Assembly: GCA_037447435.1 (NCBI GenBank)
Contig: JBBIGR010000007.1
Span: 32,001-96,000 of the forward strand
Source of the DNA: Fibrobacteria bacterium
GTDB taxonomy: Bacteria; Fibrobacterota; Chitinivibrionia; Chitinivibrionales; FEN-1185
Direction: 5' to 3'
DNA: 64,000 bases
Each line of letters opens with the position of its first letter. Positions within the stretch are counted from its first letter, which is position 1. This document shows positions 19,494-28,523 of this stretch, in pieces. Under the pieces are notes generated by a model. It was not told the DNA's origin. It did not search any database and was given only the letters and a program-made list of their open reading frames with translations. The translations under genes were made by a program, and so were the position numbers.

Positions 19494-20945
19494 TTACTTA
19501 AGAAATACCGAATCCGCCACGCCGGTAACGTATATATTGTCTACAAAAAATTCCATCTCATTCAGTGTTGTTTCCCACGTGCCGAAATTGACCATGGTCA
19601 CGCTCGATGCGCCGTCCTGCCACTTTAATCCGTTCGCCAGTTGTTTGGAGCCGGCCGGCGGGACAATATCTTGCGGTCTTATAATTATTTTGGTCCAGAT
19701 CGCGGGACATTGCACTATGGTTCCGAACTCTCCCCATAAATCGCTGCCTGAATACCCGTTTTCTGCATATTTGGTACGGAAGTTCACGCGAATTGTTCCT
19801 TTACCCTTGCAATAAAAGGAAAAGCTTGTCATACCCGAAAAATCGGCTCTGTCCGAATTCTTCGGCGTCACGTTCATGCCGAACGATGCGTACGGCGACG
19901 CGATTTTCGCGCGGTTAAACCTCACGTCGAGCCTGAAACTTTTTCCGTCGAACGCCGTGCTGTCGGTAATCCCGAGCGATGGAGCATGTTCAATCCCGGT
20001 AGGAAAAATCGGTGAGCTTCCGCCGTCTATGCTGTCGTTGAACACCACCCATCGCGACTTGCCGGTAAGTGGAAAAATCATGCTCAAGGAATCGCCGTCG
20101 TCAAAATTGTCAAGCCATAGCGTCGGAGGGGCGATGTACTTGCTTGGCACGAGCGTCAAACTCGACGTATTGTAATATGCGACGTAAGAAAAATTTTTGC
20201 CGATATACCACGGTGGCTCGTTTCCGGGTTGATACACGAGGGGCGTTATCCCGTACGAAACTTTGACCGTATAGGCATACCCGCAGTATCTCGCCGCAGA
20301 GGCGCTGTCGGTAAAAACAAGGTCACGAATGAAAACCGTATCGGTATCCGCAGAAATTTGTTTCGGGCTAAAAATCGTTACCGGCATATCGTTGGCGATG
20401 GTCCCGTGGACATAACTGAGATCATATAGACCCTTAGGAATATTGCGAAGTGTATAATAGCCATCTGCGTCCGGGTGCACGTGATTGGTCGTACCTGCTG
20501 CGGAAATTATCATGCTCCTGAGGTCTTCGGTCGAATATTCCGAAATTCGCCCCCGAAGGGTGAGGGGCTTGGACAGCAATAAATTGACGGCCGTGTCGCC
20601 GGAAATGAGACAATGCGTCACATATCCCATATTTTTTGAAACCGAATCGCTTCCCATCAATACGTAATTTCCCTGCGGGATGTTGTCGAAATAGAAATTC
20701 CCCGTGTTGTCGGCAATTGTGGTCCATTCGGTTTTTGCACTGTCGCCATGCTCCGTAATGATAATGTCGCGAAGCGCGACGGTTGATCCCGGGAGGGCCC
20801 CGCCCGTTTCATCGCTAACCGTTCCCACGATCTTTGCATTTGTCGTACTGGTCGATCCGCCGGCAACATCGGTCGGGCGCCTGGTGCATCCGATTCCAAG
20901 CACTACGGTTAACGTGCAGGTAAAAAGTATTAAAGCCCGTTTCAT
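19494..20945 (-). CDS. Lipoprotein with two carboxypeptidase-regulatory-like (prealbumin-fold) domains and a CBM11-like domain
   Basis: LGIGC lipobox, GGSTSTTN, GTVSD, ADNTGNFYFDNIPQGNY; C-terminal LDNFDDG...DFSGMTSFSFYCKGKG; overlaps the upstream gene by 4 nt. Confidence 0.75.
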   Translation of the reverse strand: MKRALILFTCTLTVVLGIGCTRRPTDVAGGSTSTTNAKIVGTVSDETGGALPGSTVALRDIIITEHGDSAKTEWTTIADNTGNFYFDNIPQGNYVLMGSDSVSKNMGYVTHCLISGDTAVNLLLSKPLTLRGRISEYSTEDLRSMIISAAGTTNHVHPDADGYYTLRNIPKGLYDLSYVHGTIANDMPVTIFSPKQISADTDTVFIRDLVFTDSASAARYCGYAYTVKVSYGITPLVYQPGNEPPWYIGKNFSYVAYYNTSSLTLVPSKYIAPPTLWLDNFDDGDSLSMIFPLTGKSRWVVFNDSIDGGSSPIFPTGIEHAPSLGITDSTAFDGKSFRLDVRFNRAKIASPYASFGMNVTPKNSDRADFSGMTSFSFYCKGKGTIRVNFRTKYAENGYSGSDLWGEFGTIVQCPAIWTKIIIRPQDIVPPAGSKQLANGLKWQDGASSVTMVNFGTWETTLNEMEFFVDNIYVTGVADSVFLK

Positions 20946-21790
20946 AAATGCTTGTCCTTGCCGAAGTTTTCAATATTTTCGCTGACCGGAAAAAGCGAAA
21001 CATTGAGTTGAAAAACACCCGTAGCATTTTGATCTCTATGCACAAGCGAAACTATTCTGTCTTTGAATGCAGCAATTTCAGTGATGAGAATGTTATACAT
21101 GGCCGGAGAAATGCCTATGGTGATCCCGGAAATATTGCGTTTATCTCTGGAAAGTTGATCTATGGCACGTGCCGCCAACAGCACCATTTCCTTGTTAAAT
21201 TGACGAACTGCCATTAGCCCGATATCGCCGCTGGTTGTAATCGCGGAATCGGTTTGATTATAATAACCGTCGGGACGTTTTTGAATGAGTTTCAACCTCT
21301 TTAAAAGCAAAACGGATTTTTCGGCATCCGAAGCCGAAACGGGAGGATATACGCATTTGCCAAGTAACTGGTAATCGTCGTGGAAATTATACATGGTTAC
21401 CAATTCGCGGATAACCACATTATACCAGTTGCTGAAATAATCGTATTGGTCTATTTCCAAGGTTTTTTCACTAACCGCATTTTCTATGGATCGCAGAACA
21501 GCATAATGCTCCTGCTTTTCATCGGCTGTTTTTGCCTGCTCGAAAAGCACAAGATTTTTAAAATAGGAAGATTCTTTTTTGGTGAGCTGAAGCGCGATGC
21601 AAAATTTATCAATTGATGCGCGACTTAAATTTCGTTGGCCTTCAATAACCAATTTTAAAAAAACAGGGGAACCAAAACCAGCTTTAGAACTAAAATATCG
21701 ATAAGAAAATGCACGTGACGTTTTCTTTTTGAACGCATAATAGTCGTTAAGATATTTCCTGTAATCTATATATTCAAATATTGAGCGCAT
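20942..21790 (-). CDS. TIGR02147 family protein (Fibrobacter paralogous family; HTH-like N-terminus, DUF4423 C-terminus)
   Basis: IFEYIDYRKYL, FSYRYFSSKAGFGS, GQRNLS, YFSNWYNVVIREL, RNISGIT, FQLNVSLFP. Confidence 0.9.
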   Translation of the reverse strand: MRSIFEYIDYRKYLNDYYAFKKKTSRAFSYRYFSSKAGFGSPVFLKLVIEGQRNLSRASIDKFCIALQLTKKESSYFKNLVLFEQAKTADEKQEHYAVLRSIENAVSEKTLEIDQYDYFSNWYNVVIRELVTMYNFHDDYQLLGKCVYPPVSASDAEKSVLLLKRLKLIQKRPDGYYNQTDSAITTSGDIGLMAVRQFNKEMVLLAARAIDQLSRDKRNISGITIGISPAMYNILITEIAAFKDRIVSLVHRDQNATGVFQLNVSLFPVSENIENFGKDKHL

Positions 21791-22003
21791 GATCTTAATT
21801 TACGCGATTTTTAAGAAAAAGCCGGAAATATTTGATGAAAAGTGGCAAAAAACACGTTGTCATGGATACAAATAAGTTCGTAAGTTATTGAAAATTAACA
21901 ATAATATAAAAGCAGTTGTATTCTTAGGCTATTTCACAGGATACACTAACCCCGAAGTTCCGCAAAACCCAATGCCAAAGGACAATAAATCAAAACAGTA
22001 TTT

Positions 22004-22942
22004 TCAATGCTCTTTCCAAAATCCTTCGATTTTTCTTATGGCAACAAACGTGATGAACCCTATAATAACCATGACAAGGAAAAAAATCGGGTAGCCGAAC
22101 TTCATGTTCGCGCTGCCGCCGATCATACTCGAAAATTCGGACATGCCGCCGACACCGGCAAAAAAACTGGGCACCGAAACCGCAATAACGAGGGCGTTGA
22201 GGTTTTTCATCATCATGTTCAAATTATTGCTGATAACCGATGCGCGTGCATCCATGAGTCCGGATATGACCTGCGAATAAATGGTCGCCATTTCATTGCA
22301 TTGGGCATTTTCAATAGCCAAATCGTCAAGGTATTCGATATGTTCCTGCGATAATCCCATTTTCCCCGTGCAAGTCTTAATTTTGTCGATGACCCTTCCG
22401 TTCGAGCCTATCGCGTTCAAATAAAACACAAGACTTTTCTCTAAGGTAAACATGTTAAGAAGCTGACGGTTTCCGATGGATTTGTTGATGTCGGTTTCAA
22501 GCTCGTCGCTGCACATGCTGATGACTTTCAAATGTTCCTCGAAATGGAACGTCGAGCGATGGATGATTTTAAGCATCAAATCTTTTATGTCCGTAATTTT
22601 GGCAACCTGTCTGCCGTCGAAAACAGGCACCTCTTCATTTATGATAAGAACCAGCTTGTCTTTAAACATGAACAATCCGATTGATTCGACTTTGAATAAA
22701 AAATTGTCCGCAGCACTGTATCGACGAGGGCGTTTGATGATAATTGCATAATGGCCGGTATCGAACTCAATTCGTCCCAATTCATTGGGGTCGAGCGCCG
22801 ACAGCAGGGTGTGCTCGTCGATTTGCAACTTTTCGGTCAGGTATTTTCTTTCAATATCCGAGGGGTTAACATATAAGTGGATATTGCTTTCATCGTGGGT
22901 TTCCACGATTTTTCCCGATTCTATGGAATAGTACTTAAGCAT
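22004..22942 (-). CDS. corA: CorA family Mg2+/divalent cation transporter
   Basis: LDPNELGR, LEKSLVFY, ISNNLN, two C-terminal TMs; GGMS replaces the canonical GMN. Confidence 0.85.
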   Translation of the reverse strand: MLKYYSIESGKIVETHDESNIHLYVNPSDIERKYLTEKLQIDEHTLLSALDPNELGRIEFDTGHYAIIIKRPRRYSAADNFLFKVESIGLFMFKDKLVLIINEEVPVFDGRQVAKITDIKDLMLKIIHRSTFHFEEHLKVISMCSDELETDINKSIGNRQLLNMFTLEKSLVFYLNAIGSNGRVIDKIKTCTGKMGLSQEHIEYLDDLAIENAQCNEMATIYSQVISGLMDARASVISNNLNMMMKNLNALVIAVSVPSFFAGVGGMSEFSSMIGGSANMKFGYPIFFLVMVIIGFITFVAIRKIEGFWKEH

Positions 22943-22999
22943 GCCCGGGGCTCCTTGGAGCGAAAATCAAACCGATTCGATATCAGGGTTTCTGAATAA

Positions 23000-23029
23000 A
23001 TCTTACGGTATCATCCGGGGTACTGTCAA
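23000..23029 (-). promoter_or_regulatory. Sigma70-type promoter for corA
   Basis: Minus strand TTGACA-N18-TAAGAT, about 60 nt upstream of the ATG. Confidence 0.5.
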
Positions 23030-23105
23030 GAGCGGTTTAAAAAAAACACCGTTACCGATTGCCATGATTTATTTTATCAACATACAATTAACAAAAGAAA
23101 ATAAT

Positions 23106-23213
23106 ATGAGACCCTGTTGTCAATATACAAAACCGATGCTACGCAAGCACAAGCCGGCGCGCGCATGGCATGCCGCCGCAGTACTATCGTATTGGTTGCA
23201 GCAGGAATCATGA
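23106..23213 (+). CDS. Putative attenuator leader peptide (35 aa, MRPCCQYTKPMLRKHKPARAWHAAAVLSYWLQQES)
   Basis: Follows TTGCCA-N18-TACAAT (23059-23088); its last codons are complementary to the 5' arm of the downstream terminator. Confidence 0.6.
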   Translation: MRPCCQYTKPMLRKHKPARAWHAAAVLSYWLQQES

Positions 23214-23239
23214 ACTAATTCAAACCGGAAGCATTCATG

Positions 23240-23274
23240 AGGCCCGCTGCAAAAAACTTGCAGCGGGCCTTTTT
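23240..23274 (+). terminator. Attenuator terminator upstream of the EamA gene
   Basis: aggcccgctgcaa-aaaac-ttgcagcgggcct-tttt, ending 20 nt before the EamA start codon. Confidence 0.85.
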
Positions 23275-23293
23275 AATTTAAAAGGAGCATCGA

Positions 23294-24217
23294 GTGAAAG
23301 GCGTTTCGTTCAAAATCATTTTGTCGTATTTGGCGGTCTATATTATATGGGGTTCCACCTATTTTTTCATCAAAATGGCAGTGGAATCCATGCCTGCATT
23401 TTACGTGGTCGGGCTGCGGTTTTTATTCGGCGGCGCCGCCTTTATTTTCTTATCTATTGCAACGGGGGCACTGCGCGCAATGCCTTCGAAACAAGAAATC
23501 CTTTCCGCGTTCATATTGGGCAACTGTTTATTGCTTTTAGGAAACGGATTCGTGTCGGTTGCGGAGCGCACGGTCGACAGCTATTTGGCCGCTCTGGTCG
23601 TCGCATCAACGCCCTTTTGCGTCGCGCTTTTCAACGGATTACTGTTCCGCGAAAAGCTGCCGTTTGTCAGGCTTTCGGGCATGTTATGCGGGCTGGGCGG
23701 CGTTGCGTTGATATTGTATAACGGTAAGAATGTGCTGTCGTCGTTTACCCCGGGCGTTGGCTTTGTCGTTTTAGGCCTTGGTTTCTGGTCGTTTGCCACC
23801 AGTATCGGCCATAAAATGAAAGTGCACAAGAATACGCTTGTCAATAGCGGCATGCAAATGTTGTTCGCCGGAACAATCGGGCTTGTTTTTTCATGGGTTT
23901 TGTATAAGCCCGTATATACGGCATTACCCGCGGTGTCGGCCCATTCGTGGATCGGGCTTTTATACCTAACCGTTTTCGGCGCAGTGGGCTTTTATTGTTA
24001 TTCGTATCTTATAAAGCATGAGCCGTCCATACGGGTGGTCAGCTATGCTATTGTCAATCCGCTTATTGCCGTGTGCCTGGGCCTGTTGCTCGGTCACGAA
24101 AAGCCCGCGCAGTTGCTTGTGTTCGGTTTCCCATTGATACTCATCGGGCTGGTTCTTATATTATACGGAAATAGAATCTGGAAAAAAAGGAGGGTAAATG
24201 CCGTTGGTCAAAGTTGA
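23294..24217 (+). CDS. EamA/DMT family transporter (YedA-like)
   Basis: VYIIWGSTY, LRF, LLLLGNG, YAIVNPLIAV.LG...HEK; 10 TM; GTG start after AAGGAG. Confidence 0.92.
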   Translation: MKGVSFKIILSYLAVYIIWGSTYFFIKMAVESMPAFYVVGLRFLFGGAAFIFLSIATGALRAMPSKQEILSAFILGNCLLLLGNGFVSVAERTVDSYLAALVVASTPFCVALFNGLLFREKLPFVRLSGMLCGLGGVALILYNGKNVLSSFTPGVGFVVLGLGFWSFATSIGHKMKVHKNTLVNSGMQMLFAGTIGLVFSWVLYKPVYTALPAVSAHSWIGLLYLTVFGAVGFYCYSYLIKHEPSIRVVSYAIVNPLIAVCLGLLLGHEKPAQLLVFGFPLILIGLVLILYGNRIWKKRRVNAVGQS

Positions 24218-24590
24218 AATTTTAAAAGGAAAATCCGATTCGTACAAAAAAACGCTTCTGGATTGCATTCATCAATCGCTCGTTTCAGCCATCGGCATCC
24301 CGGATAACGACAGGATGCAGCGCTTATACGAACTGGATGCGGCAAACTTCGAAACAAAGGATGATAAAACAGATGCATTTACCCTTATAGAAATTACTTT
24401 GTTCATGGGGCGTTCCCGTGAAGCTAAGAAAAAACTATATGGGACTTTGGTTTCGTCGCTCAAAGGCTCATTGGGTATTAGTCCCGATGACGTCTTTATT
24501 GTATTGCACGAAGTCCCTTTGGAAAACTGGGGTATTCGCGGCGGTCAAATGGCGGACGAAGTGAATTTGGGGTTTGCGGTTAAGGTGTAA
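24198..24590 (+). CDS. Tautomerase family protein
   Basis: N-terminal MP (catalytic Pro1), two beta-alpha-beta units, GRSREAKKKLY, ENWGIRGG. Confidence 0.9.
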   Translation: MPLVKVEILKGKSDSYKKTLLDCIHQSLVSAIGIPDNDRMQRLYELDAANFETKDDKTDAFTLIEITLFMGRSREAKKKLYGTLVSSLKGSLGISPDDVFIVLHEVPLENWGIRGGQMADEVNLGFAVKV

Positions 24591-24591
24591 T

Positions 24592-24864
24592 ATGTCCCAA
24601 ACTCCTAAACCGGAACCCTGGTATGTGTATATTATCGAATGTGTGGACCATACCTTATATACCGGCATTTCCAACGATGTAAATCGCCGCTTTGCCAATC
24701 ATTGTGCGGGAAAAGGGGCACGCTATACCCGTTCGCATCCGCCCTATGCGTTGCGCTATATAGAAAAATGCGAAGATCGTAAAACAGCCATGAAACGCGA
24801 AATTGCGGTAAAAAGACTTCCCAAAAATAAAAAACTTGCGCTTTTGCAGGCATCCCCGCCATAG
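24592..24864 (+). CDS. GIY-YIG nuclease family protein (UPF0213/YhbQ-like)
   Basis: WYVYIIEC...LYTGISNDVNRR...H..GKGARYT, AMKREIAVKRL. Confidence 0.9.
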   Translation: MSQTPKPEPWYVYIIECVDHTLYTGISNDVNRRFANHCAGKGARYTRSHPPYALRYIEKCEDRKTAMKREIAVKRLPKNKKLALLQASPP

Positions 24865-24940
24865 GTACTAAAGAATTGATGAAATCTTGTTTGGCTAATA
24901 AATCTCTGCTATATTATAAGATAGTGTTAAATATTTGAAT

Positions 24941-24984
24941 TCACCCCCTCTCCTGTCGGAGAGGGGGGCTATAGCGGGGTGAGG
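24941..24984 (+). repeat. Short GC-rich palindromic element (CCCCCTCTCC...GGAGAGGGGG...GGGGTGAGG)
   Basis: 10-bp perfect stem 24944-24967; tcacccc can alternatively pair with ggggtga at 24976. Confidence 0.55.
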
Positions 24985-25047
24985 TCAAAAGGGTATCCGA
25001 CTTCACTTATCGTACGGCAAAATTCTTTCTTCTCAAAAGGAAAAGCC

Positions 25048-25860
25048 ATGAAATTTAAATCCCTTTCTGCAATCGCCTTCGTATGCGTTCTATCGGTTTC
25101 TTTGTTTGCAAAAGAAAAAGCAAAAAGCGATGATGTCGTGCTCAAAGCCGATTACTCCGGTGCGCATAAGTGGATTTATTCCATTCAATACACATCACAA
25201 GGAAATTTCAGGCAGAAATCATCTAACACGGCAAAAACAACCGAAATCAAATGCCTGTTTTCCGGCACGAAAAACGCGGCTAAAAAACTTGCCGTGCATG
25301 TCGACAGCATTGCGATTAAATCCGATATTTATTCCGACGAAATGCAAAAAGACATCAAAGACAAACTTGTCAAGGCCGATTATTCCCTGTCGCTTGCAAA
25401 CGGATTCCCGTCGATCGATACGTCCGTGGAAATCCCGGCCAGCAGTTACCTTGAATGGGATTTGTATCGCCAATTGTCAAAATTACTGCCTCTGTTGCCG
25501 TCCAAACCCGTGAAACAGGGCTTTACCTGGGAACGCATGAACGTGTTTCCCATGAAAACCGCGCGCGGCACCGAAAGTTGCGAAGTGTACCGGAATTACA
25601 CTCTGGACAAAGTGTCGTCCGATACGGCGATGATAAGCTGGAAATTCAGATACGCCGGCAGCAAGAAATCCAACGACAGTACCGCAAATGTCAACGAAAT
25701 CCCCGTTTTCGGCACCGGCAACGGCGCCGCAATGCTCAACCTTAAAACCGGTTGCATCATCAGCGCCGAAATGAATTTCACCACTCCTGTTGCCACGGTG
25801 GGCGATGTCTCGGTGATATGGCATGAAAACGCGGTGATATCGCTTGTCGAAATTAAATAA
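25048..25860 (+). CDS. Secreted hypothetical protein (beta-rich)
   Basis: Signal peptide MKFKSL...SLFA; AAGGA RBS. Confidence 0.75.
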   Translation: MKFKSLSAIAFVCVLSVSLFAKEKAKSDDVVLKADYSGAHKWIYSIQYTSQGNFRQKSSNTAKTTEIKCLFSGTKNAAKKLAVHVDSIAIKSDIYSDEMQKDIKDKLVKADYSLSLANGFPSIDTSVEIPASSYLEWDLYRQLSKLLPLLPSKPVKQGFTWERMNVFPMKTARGTESCEVYRNYTLDKVSSDTAMISWKFRYAGSKKSNDSTANVNEIPVFGTGNGAAMLNLKTGCIISAEMNFTTPVATVGDVSVIWHENAVISLVEIK

Positions 25861-25926
25861 ATATTTCGACTGAAGCATGTTTTGTAGTAAATATTATTTT
25901 AAGATATAAAATTGAAAAGAATATTT

Positions 25927-26199
25927 ATGCCTACAATTTCAATGTTTTTCGGTATTTTAATTCGAATGTTTTTCAAAGATATAGAAAAACATAAGGCCCC
26001 TCATATCCATGCCGATTATCAAGGACAAGTAGGTACTTACTCAATTCCTGATGGCCGATTACTTGCTGGGGAATTGCCTCCGAATAAACATAAGCTTGTT
26101 GTCGCATGGATAGAGATTCATCAAGAAGATCTTTTGGCAGATTGGGAACTCGCTGTTAACGGTAGAAAACCATTCGCCATCAAAGGGTTGGATCAATGA
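25927..26199 (+). CDS. DUF4160 domain protein (putative toxin)
   Basis: MPTISMFFGILIRM...HKAPHIHADY...WIEIHQEDLLADW pattern. Confidence 0.88.
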   Translation: MPTISMFFGILIRMFFKDIEKHKAPHIHADYQGQVGTYSIPDGRLLAGELPPNKHKLVVAWIEIHQEDLLADWELAVNGRKPFAIKGLDQ

Positions 26200-26462
26200 G
26201 AATTAAAGAAATTATTCCACAAGCGACCTGGGTTTTATCTATTGCTTCCGAAGATGGCCGTTTTGGCGAATTTGATGTAACTCCATATCTGCAACTTGAA
26301 GCTTTCAAAGACTTGGCCAATATTTCAGAGTTTATGAAAGTATCAAATGGCGGTTATTTTGTGGAATGGGATTGCGGAGCGGACTTGTCTGTCGATTCCA
26401 TAGAGGCGAATTGGAAGGTTTTGCCACAAGACCGGGCCCAAAGCATTTCCATGATCCGTTAA
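26196..26462 (+). CDS. DUF2442 domain protein (putative antitoxin)
   Basis: EDG..GEFDV.PYL...F...VEWDCGADL; 4-nt overlap with the DUF4160 gene. Confidence 0.85.
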   Translation: MRIKEIIPQATWVLSIASEDGRFGEFDVTPYLQLEAFKDLANISEFMKVSNGGYFVEWDCGADLSVDSIEANWKVLPQDRAQSISMIR

Positions 26463-26536
26463 GTAAACTCCGTTTGATAAATGCAATAAATAACTGCATG
26501 TTTCAACGTATTTGTTTTTCCGTATTACAACGGCTT

Positions 26537-28333
26537 TTACACAAGATAGTTTTGAATGTCCGCGAATGCTTCTTTGTGCTTTTGCAAAAAGGCGATTTTT
26601 TCGCGCGTCGGGGCTTCCGAGGCGGTTTGCGTGTTCAGCAAATCGGTCATGGCGCGCGCCATGGTTTCCTGCAACGCGGTAAAATTATAGGCAAGGTTCT
26701 GTTTGCACATGTCGCAAATGCTTCTGATGTTGTTCTTGACATGAAAAGAAAGCCGCTCGAATTGCTCGCTCATGATTGCCTCGAGGGCGGGTAAAATCTT
26801 TGCCTCGCATTTGAGCCGTTTCGTCTCCTTCGAACTGAATAACCCGAACGACGGCATCCTGATTGCTTCCAATGCTGCGGCCTGATGCGCGGTTTGCACC
26901 GTGGCATACGGCGGCACGGTACAGTCCACGCTGAGTTCGCGAAGGTCCGAGCTTACAATGGCAAAACTCGGCACCGCTTTGCGGATTTCATCCACCGATT
27001 TTAAAAATTGCGAAGCAGGAAGGCTCACGGCCTTTTTAAGCGGTTGCGAAATGCTGGTCGTGACCTGTAAAAACAAATGGTTTATCATCTCGTCCAAAAG
27101 CGGACCGTACGACGACTTTATGGTCGAAAGCGGGTTCTGACCCTGCAAAATCGCGGTCTCGATGAGCTTCTTGATGCTGTCCTGCGCCTTCGCGATGAGC
27201 TCCTCTTTCTTCTTATCGAGAGTTTTATCTACAAAATCAACCAACGCCTTTATTTCGACGTCGATGAGCGAAAGTTCGCGTTCCGCCTTGGCTTTCACCA
27301 CGTCGCATTGCTGCGTGAGCCAGTCAAGCTGCTGCCGTGCAGACGCAAGCGGCGATTCCAAATCCAAAATATCGCTGTCGCATTGCGCGCTTGCCGTAAC
27401 GAGCGCTTTTTTGAATTTGTCGGTAACGGCCTGCGAAAGCGTGAAATACTTCTCGCGCACCATGAAATCGATGATTTCGCTTTTGACAATGCTCATGCCC
27501 GAAAGTTGCATTGCGGGGTTGTTCGCGCTGCGATTGACGATGGATTGGCCCATGCGGGCCGAAACGTGGAACAGCTCCACATCCGGCGGATATTCCAATT
27601 GCGCAATAAGTACCGATTTAAGGAACGGGTCGAGTTTCTTCAGCTCGTCTACGGTCAGCTGGTCGACCTTGTTTACTATAAAGAAGATGCGCGGGACGAA
27701 TTTTTTGACTTCCTTCAAAAACTCGACTTCGGTCTGGGTAAACGGCGGGTCTGCGGAAAGCAAGAACATCACCGCGTCGCAGCCTTTTATGAGCTCCACG
27801 GTCGTTTGCGTATTGTGAATAAACGTGGAACCGAAGCCGGGCGTGTCTATCAAAATGGTGCCGTTTGACAGTATCGGATTGTCGCATTCGATTATTGCTT
27901 CGCTCACGCAGAGCTTGTTTTTCGGGTTTTTTTCTTCCGACACGAACTGTATCAGCGCGTTTTTTATTTCCTCCGCCGACCGGCGAATGACCAGCTCGTG
28001 CTTTTTGTTATAAAACCGTATAATACAGGATGTTTCGGCGCCGTACCGGATATACGTTGGAATTGACGTTAACGGAATAACCGATACCGGCAGCAAATCG
28101 ATGTTGAGCAGGCTGTTGATGAACGTGCTTTTTCCGCGTTTGAATTGCCCCATGACGGCCAAACGAATTTCGCCCTGCGACAAACGTTTCCGAAGGTCTG
28201 TAATTTCCAGCTTAATCGCTTCGTATCGCGAAGGCAGGTCCGAAAACAGTCCAAGAGCCTGACCTATGAGTTCGTCGATATTTATGGCTTCATGGTGTTT
28301 TCGAGCTAATGTCAATCCCGTGGTTTCGGTCAT
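26537..28333 (-). CDS. Bacterial dynamin-like GTPase
   Basis: GQFKRGKSTFINSLL (G1), PLTS (G2), IDTPG (G3), NKVD (G4), long helical C-terminus. Confidence 0.9.
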   Translation of the reverse strand: MTETTGLTLARKHHEAINIDELIGQALGLFSDLPSRYEAIKLEITDLRKRLSQGEIRLAVMGQFKRGKSTFINSLLNIDLLPVSVIPLTSIPTYIRYGAETSCIIRFYNKKHELVIRRSAEEIKNALIQFVSEEKNPKNKLCVSEAIIECDNPILSNGTILIDTPGFGSTFIHNTQTTVELIKGCDAVMFLLSADPPFTQTEVEFLKEVKKFVPRIFFIVNKVDQLTVDELKKLDPFLKSVLIAQLEYPPDVELFHVSARMGQSIVNRSANNPAMQLSGMSIVKSEIIDFMVREKYFTLSQAVTDKFKKALVTASAQCDSDILDLESPLASARQQLDWLTQQCDVVKAKAERELSLIDVEIKALVDFVDKTLDKKKEELIAKAQDSIKKLIETAILQGQNPLSTIKSSYGPLLDEMINHLFLQVTTSISQPLKKAVSLPASQFLKSVDEIRKAVPSFAIVSSDLRELSVDCTVPPYATVQTAHQAAALEAIRMPSFGLFSSKETKRLKCEAKILPALEAIMSEQFERLSFHVKNNIRSICDMCKQNLAYNFTALQETMARAMTDLLNTQTASEAPTREKIAFLQKHKEAFADIQNYLV

Positions 28334-28523
28334 AGCTGTAAAAATATTTCAGGAAGCAAGGTACTAACTATATATAAAATATCTTCGCGAGACGCGTGGA
28401 TAAGATTACAGCCGAAACTATCCGGTTGCGGCATGTCCTCCCAAAGGGGGGAGCAACGCGCCAAAGTAAAAAATGGTTCATTCCCAAGGCCCTTTAAAAA
28501 GACCTTGGGAATGGAAAAACACA

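Noticed and set aside
23170..23721. 183-aa ORF overlapping the eamA start
   Set aside because: Alternative-frame ORF crossing a terminator; the eamA frame has the family motifs and RBS.
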